Origin: Chiloscyllium plagiosum
Taxonomy: Eukaryota
Direction of reading: 5' to 3'
Length of the DNA stretch: 33,421 nt
Assembly (NCBI RefSeq): GCF_004010195.1
Contig: NC_057749.1
Span: 16,830,901 to 16,864,321, forward strand
Made by a program: the position numbers and the translations under genes. The notes under the pieces are model-generated. The model had not been told where the DNA came from. It saw nothing but the letters and a program-made list of their open reading frames with translations, and ran no database searches. The first letter of the stretch is position 1. Every line of letters starts with the position of its first letter. This document shows, piece by piece, positions 11,344-21,091 of the stretch.

Positions 11344-11436
11344 CTGGTCTGGAGGGATACAGTAGACGGTTTCTCTGTGGCCAGTCTTTTCTCTGAGAAG
11401 CTGTGTAACCGCGAGATCGAGCAGGGGACCTTTGTG
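11344..11436 (-). CDS. ADAMTSL5: ADAMTSL5 linker exon
   Basis: 93 bp, ctgatctttag|CA...CCAG|gtcagt, phase 1-1, open frame (A)QRSPARSRGYTASQRKDWPQRNRLLYPSRP(G). Joins to give PGNCGKC. Supported by splice signals and frame only; no domain motif. Confidence 0.72.
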
Positions 11437-11637
11437 CTAAAGATCAGAACATAACAGCAGGTCAAAGAGGTGAAAGGAAACACTTGCATTGCTGTTGTCA
11501 CCTTCCACATCCTCAGGAGGTTTAGGAATGCTTCAAAGCCAAGGAGGTACATTTAAACTGTCATTCACTGTCATCATGTTGGACACATAGTCACCAATTT
11601 GTGCACAGCAAGCTCCCACAAACAACAATATGATAAT

Positions 11638-11754
11638 AAAAGCAAAATACTACTCATGCTGGAAACCTGAAACAAAGACAACCACTCTGTTTCTCCCTCT
11701 GCACAGATACTGCCAGACCTGCTGAGTTTCTCCAGCAATTCTCTGTGTGAGAGT
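11638..11754. mobile_element. Truncated Penelope-like element, family C, inside a DeuSINE-like remnant
   Basis: acagatactgccagacctgctgagtttctccagca arm. Exact 11-bp TSD aatatgataat at 11627-11637 and 11755-11765. Confidence 0.65.
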
Positions 11755-11930
11755 AATATGATAATGTCTAGATAGTCGGTTTAGGTTTAGTTTTGCTGTT
11801 GGAGGGACAAATTGTGACCAGGATCCGGGGGAGATTCCAGCTTTCCTACAGCTCCAGCTCATTACATGCATTCCATTTCTCCAGTAACGGACCAAAGTTC
11901 ATTATTTACATCTTTGAAGCCTGACCAACT

Positions 11931-12250
11931 TAGAGTCATAGAGTCACACAGCATGGAAACAGACCCTTCGGTCAAACCATTCCATACTGACCATGCTCCC
12001 AAACTAAACTACTGCCATCTGCCTGCGCTTGACTCATATGCCTCCAAACTGTTCCTATTCATGAACTTATCTTTGTACATCCATTGTGGAAAACTTCATT
12101 TCTGCCAGAAGGTATCCCAATCTATCCTTTTACTGTCCAAAATAGATAACCACACAATTTGGAATCCATCTGCCGGTTTTGTCCATTCACCCAATCCATC
12201 AATATCCCTCTGTAATTTTATGTGATCAGACACACTGTCCACAGTGCCAC
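11931..12250 (-). mobile_element. CR1 LINE tail and RT remnant
   Basis: tagagtcatagagtcacacagcatggaaacagacccttcgg tail, homologous to 6356-6500, followed by degenerate CR1-like sequence. Confidence 0.6.
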
Positions 12251-12849
12251 CTAAGAGCTGGTCTGATTACAGCCTAACCCAGCCTGTCCCCATCACCGTG
12301 ACTCCTTTTTCCAGTTGAGAATCTGTCCAACCCAGCCTTGGATATAACCCATTGCTCTCTGGGGAAGAGAATTCCAAACGTTAATGACCACCCGAGAGAG
12401 AGAGAGAGGGAAGATCCTCCTCCTCTCCGTCTTTAATGGGAAACCTGTCATTCTCAATTGTTCCTGTGGTTGCAGGAAGAGGCCTCCTGCATTTCCTTGT
12501 TTTCAAAGATGCGTGTTCCTGTATTTCCAGCCCATTCTGCTCCCCTGCCTCATGGTCCCTCATCTTTTATAGGAAGAGGGTTTTTTCTTAATCCTCTGAA
12601 CCTAAACGAATCACCTCCCACTTTACATTTCTGCTCATCAAGCCGGCCACTCTGTCTCATTATCTCCTTGATATATTTGATGTCCTCCTCATTGTCACCT
12701 CAACATGCCCAATGTCATAGCGTCTGCAAATATTACCACCGTCCTTCCAATTCCTCAAACCGTACAAACGGTGAATAGCAGAGCTCTCAGCAAGGATTCC
12801 AAAGGGATACTGCTTCCCAATTTCTGCCAGTCTCAACGCCTTCACTCAC

Positions 12850-12900
12850 CTGCTGCTTCCCATTTTCCAGAACTGGGATGTGCTCCTCCAATTCCTGACT
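12850..12900 (-). CDS. ADAMTSL5: Candidate small alternative linker exon of ADAMTSL5
   Basis: 51 bp, gccctctcag|AG...GCAG|gtgagt (consensus donor), phase 1-1, open frame (E)SGIGGAHPSSGKWEAA(A). The acceptor tract partly derives from the adjacent antisense SINE head. Confidence 0.35.
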
Positions 12901-12906
12901 CTGAGA

Positions 12907-13241
12907 GGGCAGCAGGGTGGCTCAGCGCCAGGGGCCCAGGTTTGTATGTTCACCCCTGTGTGTGCATGGGTTTCCTCTGGCGCTCTGGATTTCCTCCCAC
13001 AGCCCAAAGATGTGCAGGTTAGGGTGGATTGGCCATGGGAAATGCAGCAATTGGGGATGGTGGGGGTGTCTGGGTGGGATGGTGACTGAATGGGGTCAAG
13101 ATTAGAGTGTTGCTGGAGAAGCACAGCAGGTCAGGCAGCATCCGAGGAGCAGGAAAATCGATGTTTCGGGCAAAAGCCCTTCATCAGGAAGACTGAACGG
13201 ACTGAACATCCTTTTCCCGCACTGTAGGCCTTCTATGATTC
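12907..13241 (+). mobile_element. HE1/V-SINE type SINE interrupted by a Penelope-like insertion
   Basis: gggtttcctctgg.gctctgg.tttcctcccacag.ccaaagatgtgcaggttagggtggattggccatg core and ctgtagg..ttctatgattc tail. Confidence 0.7.
13094..13190 (-). mobile_element. Penelope-like element family A (single arm) with intact minimal hammerhead-like core
   Basis: Minus strand reads ttc-CTGATGA-A-GGGC-tttt-GCCC-GAAAC-ATC-ga (13158-13190). TSD gactgaa(t/c)gg at 13084-13093 and 13191-13200. Confidence 0.75.
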
Positions 13242-13705
13242 TCTTGCACATCCCTTGACATCCATTGTTTCTGCAAAGTGCTGTGGGACATTTTATTTCA
13301 ATGAAGGGGCTATACAAATACGATTGGCAAAGCGTTTTGCGCAGAAAAGCACCGTTTTATGGTGGATTTCACGGGCTGAAGGGATCTATTTGGAGAAGCT
13401 CCCTAATTAATCCTTCAAACTGACCTTTGCCCCCATGAGAAGGGGAATGTATCCAGGTGCCAGCACCAGCCCATGGTACCAACCTCCCAGAATTGTAGGA
13501 TAGTCACCGCCAGACGCTCTTTATTTTACAATTCCAATTATTTCTGTAAAGCTGCTGGGAACGGAGGTTGACTAGCTGCTTTCGAAACAATCAAAAATGA
13601 ATCAGATTGGATAACAAAAACCTGTTTCTGTTCCAATTGGCCATTTGAAGGTGGTGCACCTGGAGGATGGACCAATGGTGGGGGAGGGGGAATCTGTTGA
13701 CTGAC

Positions 13706-13979
13706 CAATGGTGTGAGCAGAAAGGGGGCAGTTCTTGAGATTACCACCCAGTAGTGCTGGAGACGCCGATTGGTTTGGGAACCCACCTGAGAGGGGGGTG
13801 GTTGTCATGGCAACGGTGGTGGGCTCATTTGGCAGTGCTTGCAAGAATGAACGAGACGCGTGGACAGCCGCGTGTTGGGCCCCTTGCAGAACATTCCGGT
13901 CTCCGTGGTACAGCCAGTACTGATCGTTCGGAAGCCAGTATTCATAATCAATCCCGGAGTCTTGCTCCATGGATAGAAC
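13706..13979 (-). CDS. ADAMTSL5: ADAMTSL5 exon, end of spacer domain plus S/T/P-rich linker (donor uncertain)
   Basis: Acceptor cctttccacag|GTT, phase 0. Translates VLSMEQDSGIDYEYWLPNDQYWLYHG..., matching the spacer-end GIxYEY motif. Phase-1 donor candidates: 13706 (TG|gtcagt, used here), 13745 (TG|gtaatc), 13622 (AG|gttttt). Confidence 0.85.
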
Positions 13980-14075
13980 CTGTGGAAAGGTTTAAGATAA
14001 AACTCCCTCTTAAATCAAGATTTTGACAATATCAAGATTTCCCATTTTGCCGCCCGTTGAATGTTTTTTGGAGAT

Positions 14076-14299
14076 TTAAATAACTCAGTGGAGGCTGGTA
14101 TCCCATCATCCTTTATTTACAGTGTATGGACTGTGGGCAGTCAGCTCAGAGCCAGTCAGTCCCCAGAATGAACAGAACCCCTGACACTCCTGTTTATATC
14201 TGTCAGCCAGGGCTCCCTGATTGGGTCAGGGAAACAGCCCCAATCAGGGATCTCACACTCACTGAGACCCACCTGGTCAACCTCATTCCAATCACTACA
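14076..14299 (-). mobile_element. Probable solo LTR
   Basis: Minus strand begins TGTAGTG and contains CCAAT (14220-14224), TATAAA (14193-14198) and AATAAA (14112-14117) in LTR order. It ends ...gagttattt(a)a. The terminal CA and TSD are degenerate. Confidence 0.5.
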
Positions 14300-15585
14300 G
14301 AAACGCAGCACCCAACCTACACACAGCAAAAAGTCCACAGAGACTGATAAGACCATAGCCTCTCCTGGTGGTGTTTAATGCTTTATTTTTGTTCATGGGA
14401 AATGGGAATACAGCATTTATTGCCTGTTCCGGAACTGCCCTCAGCTCCAGAGTCAGTTACATTGCTGTTGGTCTGGAGTCACATGTAGGCCAGACCACTA
14501 AAGGACATCAGATTTCCTTTGGTCACAGTCATAGAGATGTACAGCATGGAAACAGATTCTTCGGTCCAACCCATCCCTGCAGACCAGATATCCCAACCCA
14601 ATCTAGTCCCCTCTGCCAGCATTTGGCCCATCAGATGGAGCTTTTACAAGAATTGACAATGGATTCATAGAACTCATTTTTTTAAAAAAAAGCCCACCTT
14701 ATTGAATTAGAATTCTAACATCTGCCGTGGGTAGGATTTGAACTGATGTCCCCAGAATATTTACCTGAGGATCTGGATTACGAGCCATTACTACAACATC
14801 ACCACCTCTCCTCAGTACTTACTGCGGAGAATACCTCTTCTACAAAACAGTGATGGTGAGAGGGGACTGGCGGACAGTGTATGATGTGACAATCAGTTCC
14901 TCGGACCGAGCAGCACTCCCTCAGTGCTACTGTGGAGTGTCTGCTTTACCCTTACAGAGCAGCACTGACAGGAGAGTGGGAAACCTCACAGGGCAGATTT
15001 AAAATGACTGAGAAAAGAACGAGGAGGAAGTAGGGTAGGGGATAGTGAGTTATTGTGACCTGGGACTCGCTGCTCTGAAAGACTGGGAGAGGAAGGTTCA
15101 ATAGTTACCTTTGAAAGGGAATCTGATAAACGTGTTGAAACAAGAGAAAGCAATTGGTCGGCAAAGAGAAAGGAGTGGTGGTGGAGAGGAGCCAGTACAA
15201 GCACAATGGACTGAATGGTCTCTTCTCATGTGATGCCCAATCCTCCCACACTGACTGAGGGCTGGAACGTAGACCTGGATGAACAACAGACCACCCTCCA
15301 GGGAGGGGGCAGTGAACATGAGACAGGGGTTCCCTCTTCAAACAGTAAATCACTCCACAAACCACATCAGGGGAAATATTCCAGACAGATACCCGGAAGC
15401 TTGTCCCCTGACTCCCCGATCCCCACGGTCCCATTCCCCCTCCACAGGGTTAATGCCTCACCAGATCCTCAGCTGGATTGTCAATGCTAATGGGGGCAGC
15501 AATTACAGACCTGCAGGGACAAGTTCCACAAGGAGAATCGAAGGAGTTAGAGGAGAGCAAGCATGGTTTTTCAATTGCTTTTGAT

Positions 15586-15780
15586 TGTGTATGTCAGTGT
15601 TTCTGTGTACACGTGTGTTCATGTGTGTCTGTGAATGTGTGTGTATATGTGTGTGTACATGTGTGTGTCCATGTGTCTGTGTGTGCATCTTTGTGCCTGT
15701 GCACATCTGTGCCTGTGTGTGTATGTGTGTGTGCGTGCGTGTGTGTGTGTGTATGTGTGTGTGTGTGGGCATGAATGTGT
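15586..15780. repeat. Degenerate (GT)n microsatellite
   Basis: Directly visible. Confidence 0.85.
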
Positions 15781-15949
15781 GGGTGGCTGCAGGTGCATAT
15801 GTGTAGGATCTTTGGGGAGGGGATGGAGGGGAAGAGCAGGGAAGGTGAGCTTTCCATGGGTTTGATGTTCTGGGTGTGAGGAGATTGGTGACAAAGCAGC
15901 GAGTCTGCACTCAGCGCTGAACAATGAGAAGTGCGGGCTGTGATTTTAC

Positions 15950-16113
15950 CATCAGGTGCAGATCCTCCTTCGTGGGTCCGATTGCCTCCAAACTCTCTCG
16001 GTGATCCGCAGAGCGCCTGTACTGGACTTTCGTCCCAGCTGCTGAGTACGTCCCTGGCCAGTTAATGGCCCAGTTCCCGTTAATGATGGAATTGTAGTTT
16101 CGGTTCTGCAAAG
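15950..16113 (-). CDS. ADAMTSL5: ADAMTSL5 exon, ADAMTS spacer domain
   Basis: 164 bp, ctcctgcag|CT...ATG|gtaaaa, phase 1-0. Translates (A)LQNRNYNSIINGNWAINWPGTYSAAGTKVQYRRSADHRESLEAIGPTKEDLHLM (NGxW, AGT and GPT spacer motifs). Confidence 0.95.
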
Positions 16114-16267
16114 CTGCAGGAGTTCAACAAGGTTAAACCGATTGACCAGAGGAATCTACACTCCATCTCGAATAAGTGTGAAACAGTGTGAGAGACTGCA
16201 CCGCACTGACCATTGACATGCTCCTCAGATTCCTTGACGTCCCCTGGTGAGAGCGACAGGCTCTGGG

Positions 16268-16772
16268 TAACCCTAACCCTAACCCTAACCCTAACCCTAA
16301 CCCTATCCCTAATCCTAAACGTAACCCTAACCCTAACGATAACCCTAACCTATTCGTAACACTAACCTTAACCCAATTCCTAAACCTAACCCCTATTCCT
16401 AATCCTAATCCTAACCCTAACCCCTATTTCTATCCCTAACCCTAACCCCTATTTTGAACCCTAACCCAATCCTAACCCTAACCCTTATTCCTAAACCTAA
16501 CCNNNNNNNNNNNNNNNNNNNNNNNNNNNNNNNNNNNNNNNNNNNNNNNNNNNNNNNNNNNNNNNNNNNNNNNNNNNNNNNNNNNNNNNNNNNCCCCTAT
16601 TGCTAACCCTAACCTTAACCCGTAATCCTAAACCTAACCCTAACCCAAACCCTAACCCTAACCCCTATTCCCAACCCGAACCCCTCATCCTAACCCTAAC
16701 CCGTAATCCTAACCCTAACCCCTACTCCTAAACTAATCCCTATTGCAAACCCTAACCACTAACCCTAACCCT
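16268..16772. repeat. Interstitial telomeric-type repeat (CCCTAA)n with variants, containing an assembly gap
   Basis: Perfect taaccc units at the left end, variant units (cctatt, cctaat, cctaaa) further in; N gap 16503-16593. Confidence 0.9.
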
Positions 16773-17128
16773 CTGGCTGAGAATCCGGGCTCCTATGGCA
16801 CTGAGTGTACCCCCCAACCCGGGCAGCTGCCCAGACCCATTCAGGGCAGGAGCCTCCCCGGAGGCTGGGAATTGGTGTCAGTCACAGACTCTCTGCAGCC
16901 CACATTCCTGACGTTGGGATTGTGGGGTGCCAGAGTCTCGTTCAGTATTTGGGGGTTACCCTGCCCTGACTCACAGACTCACTTACCCCTCTCCCGGGGT
17001 GGGGCAGAGAGGTGGTGGGTGACACCACTACCTCAGACGCAACCCATCACCCCTTCACCTTCTACATTCAAGAGGAGGCAGCGGTGAGCAATGGCCGTCA
17101 CAGAACCTGCTGGCCTCCTGTTAGAGAT

Positions 17129-17228
17129 AAACACAGAGTGTGCTGGAGAAACTCAGCAGATCCAGCAGGGTCCAGAGAGAGAGAGAGAGTTCAATGTTTT
17201 CAGTCCAGTGGGACTCTCCTTCAGAATT
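17129..17228. mobile_element. Truncated Penelope-like element, family C
   Basis: tgctggagaaactcagcag...gagttcaatgttttcagtccagtgggactctccttcagaa. TSD tgt(t/c)agagat at 17119-17128 and 17229-17238. Confidence 0.55.
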
Positions 17229-17329
17229 TGTCAGAGATGGTTGCAGCTAATGTTGGTTTTCAGTTCAGTCTGGGTTATGGGGTTCAGAGTGTGTTAAAGT
17301 TTCCAAATATTAAATCGATAACTGCTCAC

Positions 17330-17413
17330 CCAGATAATTGCTGCTGTTATCGGTCACTTTGATGTGAGTGGCTCCGGCTGGGATCATGGTTACCTCATTA
17401 TACTGCAGTGACC
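17330..17413 (-). CDS. ADAMTSL5: ADAMTSL5 exon, start of spacer domain
   Basis: 84 bp, ctgccttcag|GG...CTGG|gtgagc, phase 1-1. Translates (G)SLQYNEVTMIPAGATHIKVTDNSSNYL(A), with the YxxVxxIPAGAxxI and NYLA motifs. Not in the ORF track. Confidence 0.95.
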
Positions 17414-17469
17414 CTGAAGGCAGGAGGAACCCAAGTGAGAGCCAGAAACTCATCAACTATTTCTACAAG

Positions 17470-17930
17470 GAGACACAGACACCTCCAGGGAGAGAGAGTG
17501 TGTATGAGAGAGAGAGAGAGACACCCCCAGGGAGAGAGAGAGAGAGACACTCCCAGGGAGAGAGAGAGAGAGACACTCCCAGGGAGAGAGAGAGAGAGAC
17601 ACTCCCAGGGAGAGAGAGAGAGAGACACTCCCAGGGAGAGAGAGAGAGAGACACTCCCAGGGAGAGAGAGAGGAGAGACAACGAGTGAGAGAAACCCCCA
17701 AGGAGAGAGAGAGAGAGACAGATGTAGGGAGAGAGACAGAGACACAGAGAGTGAGAGATAACCCCATGGGGAGAAAGAGAGAGAGAGAGAGAGAGAGATA
17801 CCCTCAGGGAGAGAGAGAAAGGCGGATGTAGGGAGAGAGAGACAGAGAGCAATGGATACCCGCAGGGAGAGAGAGACACACCATGACAGAGCGAGAGATA
17901 CCCCCAGGAATAAAGAGAGAAAGAGATACC
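17470..17930. repeat. GA-rich minisatellite, unit gacactcccaggg(ag)n
   Basis: Directly visible tandem units 17505-17670 with degenerate flanks. Confidence 0.85.
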
Positions 17931-17996
17931 CACAAAATTATACACACACACACACTCCTTTAGGAAGTGTTCACCAGGGGAATGTCTGACACTCAC

Positions 17997-18120
17997 CAGG
18001 GGGGAGATGGGGTGTGATGAAGACGCTCTGATATCGCTGACACGTGTTGTTCTTGCCGCCACAAACTCCACACACATCCTCCGTCAGCTCTGAGCCCAGG
18101 ATAGCACCACAGCCAACGGC
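17997..18120 (-). CDS. ADAMTSL5: ADAMTSL5 exon, end of cysteine-rich module
   Basis: 124 bp, ccctcacacag|GCC...CCTG|gtgagt, phase 0-1. Translates AVGCGAILGSELTEDVCGVCGGKNNTCQRYQSVFITPHLPP(G), with the DxCGVCGGxNxTC motif. Confidence 0.95.
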
Positions 18121-18963
18121 CTGTGTGAGGGAAGGTCATTACACAGAGCAGCAGAGACACTCTGGCGTTCAGACATCAGCACAACAGAAAGGCCGAGGGT
18201 GTAGAGCTCAGGAGGACATGACTCACACCCTGCTGCATGGTCCCAGGCTCCCACAGTCCGAGAACAGCAGCCAGTGTACTGGGTCAGAATACAGAGGTGT
18301 TCATTGACAGAGCAGGGAATATCCCCCAAATAGGGAGGGGCGGGGTGGAGCGTGGGTATGGGACTAGCCAACTGGAATGATCCTTTTATTCTCAAAGTCC
18401 TACCACAGGATGGCAACTGGATCCATCCCCACATCACCTAAAGGCCAGCATACACAGAGAATCTAAATGGGAGCTCTTGTGACACAGTGGCAGTGAACCT
18501 ACCTCTGAACCAGGAAGCTCTGGTTCAAGTCCCACCTACACCAGAGAAAGAATTTTACAGTACAGAAGGAGGCTATTCGACCCATCGTGGTCTGCACCAG
18601 CTAGCCAGCTAGTCCCAGTCTCCAGCCCTATCTCCATCACCCTCTGATACCATCCCTTTCAAATCCATGTCCAACTCTCCTTTGAAACCTCCCAGAATGT
18701 GTTATAACATCCCCGACCAGGTATATTCACAACATCTACAAACTGAAACAGTAATTCAAAAGTCTTATGGAATGATGGCTTTCATCTGAAAGGAACAGGG
18801 ATGCTAATGGGATGGAGTTTATGTGATATCTGGTCACATCCAATCTGGAGTAAATATGTTCCAGTCAGACCTTGCTATGGGGAGTGCAGTGTGCACCTAT
18901 AGGGAGGAACAGAGAGTCAATGATGAGACAGGCTGCTTGATAAAGCGCCATATTCCCTTAATG

Positions 18964-19131
18964 GAGCAATATTCTGCAGATGCTGGAAAAGCTCAGTGGG
19001 TCTGGCAGTATCTGTGGAGAGAAATTAGAGTTAATGTTTTGAGTCGAGTGACCCTTCCTCAGATCTCCAATCTCTCTCCACAGACGCTGCCAGACCTGCT
19101 GAGTTTCTCCGGCAATGTCCGTTTTTATTTA
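18964..19131. mobile_element. Palindromic Penelope-like element, family C
   Basis: Inverted arms. Minus strand reads CTGAGGA-a-gggtc-actc-gactc-aAAACATT-aac. Confidence 0.65.
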
Positions 19132-19243
19132 AAATACTAAAAGGGACTGACAGGTCAGATCGAGAAAAACTGTTTATCTAGGTCGGTGGGAGGGCGATGG
19201 GAACAAGGAGAGGGATGTTAGAGTCAGATCACTCAGGGATGAG

Positions 19244-19423
19244 TCCAAAAGTGTGGTGCTAGAAAAGCACACCTATCAGGCAGCATCTGAGGAGCAGGAG
19301 AGTCAACGTTTAGGGCATAAGCTCTTCATCAGCAATTTCCTCAGATGCTGCCTGATCGGCTGTGCTTTTCCAGCACCACACTCTTGACTCTGACCTCCAG
19401 CATCTTCAATGTGCATTTTCTCC
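19244..19423. mobile_element. Palindromic Penelope-like element, family A
   Basis: Inverted arms. Minus strand reads CTGATGA-a-gagc-ttat-gccc-tAAACGTT. Flanking repeat tca(c/g)tcaggga(t/g)gag (13/15) at 19229-19243 and 19424-19438. Confidence 0.7.
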
Positions 19424-20261
19424 TCAGTCAGGGAGGAGCAGGAAGTGAGGACAGTGCAGGGTGCGGTGTTGGAGAATGATTGGAGCTGGAGGATGGATAG
19501 ATTCTAGTTAGAGAGGAGGAGTAGGAGAAAGGGATGTGAGGGATTGATTAGCCATGACCCCAGTGAAGAGCAGAGCAGACCCTAAGGGTTGAATGGCTTC
19601 CTGTTAGGACAATAGATGCAATGGTTGTGGCAATTCAGGAGGTTTGGGCACCACACGTCTCCTTTCACCCCAACACTGTCTACAATCCAATCAGGACAGT
19701 GGGATGGAACTCTCCTCACCCGTTTCCATATTTTCCTGAGGGAACTGTCTCCTCACTGAGGGCGGGCTGGCGGGGTGGTGAGACTGGATGGTGGGAGGGT
19801 GGGGATCTTGGTGGAGGGTGGGGAAGGGCGGTAGAGGGTGGAGGAGTGGGTGGGAGTGTGGGGGACGGTGGTGAAAGGTGGGCGAGTTTGGTGGAGGGTA
19901 AGTGTGTGGGGAAGGGTGGGAGAGAGTTGGGGGAAGGTGAGTGTAGGGGGGAGAGCGGGGGGAGTTTGATGCAGGGTGGGCAGAGGGTGGTGTAAAGTGA
20001 AGAGGGATCAGAGAGGGGTTTCCCAGAATCCAACTGATGGTTCACTCAGTGATGGAGGAGGTCACCAAGAGGATCAGAGAATCAAATCCCAGGAGAATGG
20101 AGCTGATACCTTGGAGACGTCCTTGTTGATACAATGCTCCACATGTGGAACTGCATTTATATAGCATCTTAAACATCCCAAAGCACTTCACAGAAGTCTT
20201 ACCCAGTAAAAGTTGACCTTCAATATATCTATGCAAGGGATGCAAGTGGTGTTATTGCTGG

Positions 20262-20566
20262 AGTGTTGATCCAGGGACTCAGCTAATATTCTGGGAAGCT
20301 GGGTTCAAATCCAGCCACAGGTGATGGTGGAATTTGAATTCAGTAAAAAATCTGGAATTAAAGATTCTTGCCAATTGTCAGAAAAAAACCCATCTGGGTC
20401 ACTAATGTCCTTTAGGGAAGAAAACTGCCATCCTTACCTGGTCTAGCCTATATATGACTCCAGACCCACAGCAATGTGGGTGACTCGAAACTGCCCTCTG
20501 GGCAATTAGGGATGGGCAATAAATATAGGCCTAGCCAGTGATACCCTCATCCCGTGAATGAATAAG
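20262..20566 (+). mobile_element. tRNA-head SINE with LINE-derived 3' tail
   Basis: ctgggttcaaatcc B-box; gatggtggaatttgaattc; tail gggcaattagggatgggcaataaat...ccagtgataccctcatcccgtgaatgaataa matches the LINE tail at 3835-3905. A related antisense copy lies at about 14380-14810. Confidence 0.7.
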
Positions 20567-20965
20567 AAATATATATTTATACACATGTGGACATAAGAGC
20601 ACAGGTGACCAATAGGTTAGGCCAAGAACGAAGGTTTTGTGGGGGGTTCCAAGGGGACACGGAGGGGCAAAGGGAGGGAACTCCAGAGTTTAGGGCCCAG
20701 GCAGCTGATGGGAGTGAGGGTTACTATAAAGGCCAGTTACACTCTGAGTTTAAACTGCTCTTTCACCTTGTATTTGATGATGGCCCATATGGGGAGCTGA
20801 TTGCTCAGTGGTAACATCACTGAACTAGATGCTCAGGGAGCTAATCTGCTGGAGCACAAGGGTTCAAATCCCACCACCGCAGCAGCTGTGGTGAGTTTAT
20901 ATAACAATGAAACAAGTGTCAGTCAAACTACGAATGCCCCTTCGAAAGGATACCTGTTGTCTATA

Positions 20966-21091
20966 ACTGATGAAGAGTTTTTGCCCAAAACATCGGTTCT
21001 CCTGCTCCCCAAATGCTGCCTGACCTGCTGTGCTTTTCCAGCACCACACTCTTGACTCTGATCTCCAGCATCTGCAGTCCTCACTTTCGCC
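20966..21091 (+). mobile_element. Penelope-like element family A (single arm)
   Basis: CTGATGA-a-gagt-tttt-gccc-aAAACATC at 20967. Flanking repeat ta(c/g)ct(g/a)ttgtctata (13/15) at 20951-20965 and 21092-21106. Confidence 0.7.

Noticed and set aside
16268..16772. True chromosome end or scaffold misjoin
   Set aside because: Consecutive, phase-compatible exons of the same gene lie on both sides.
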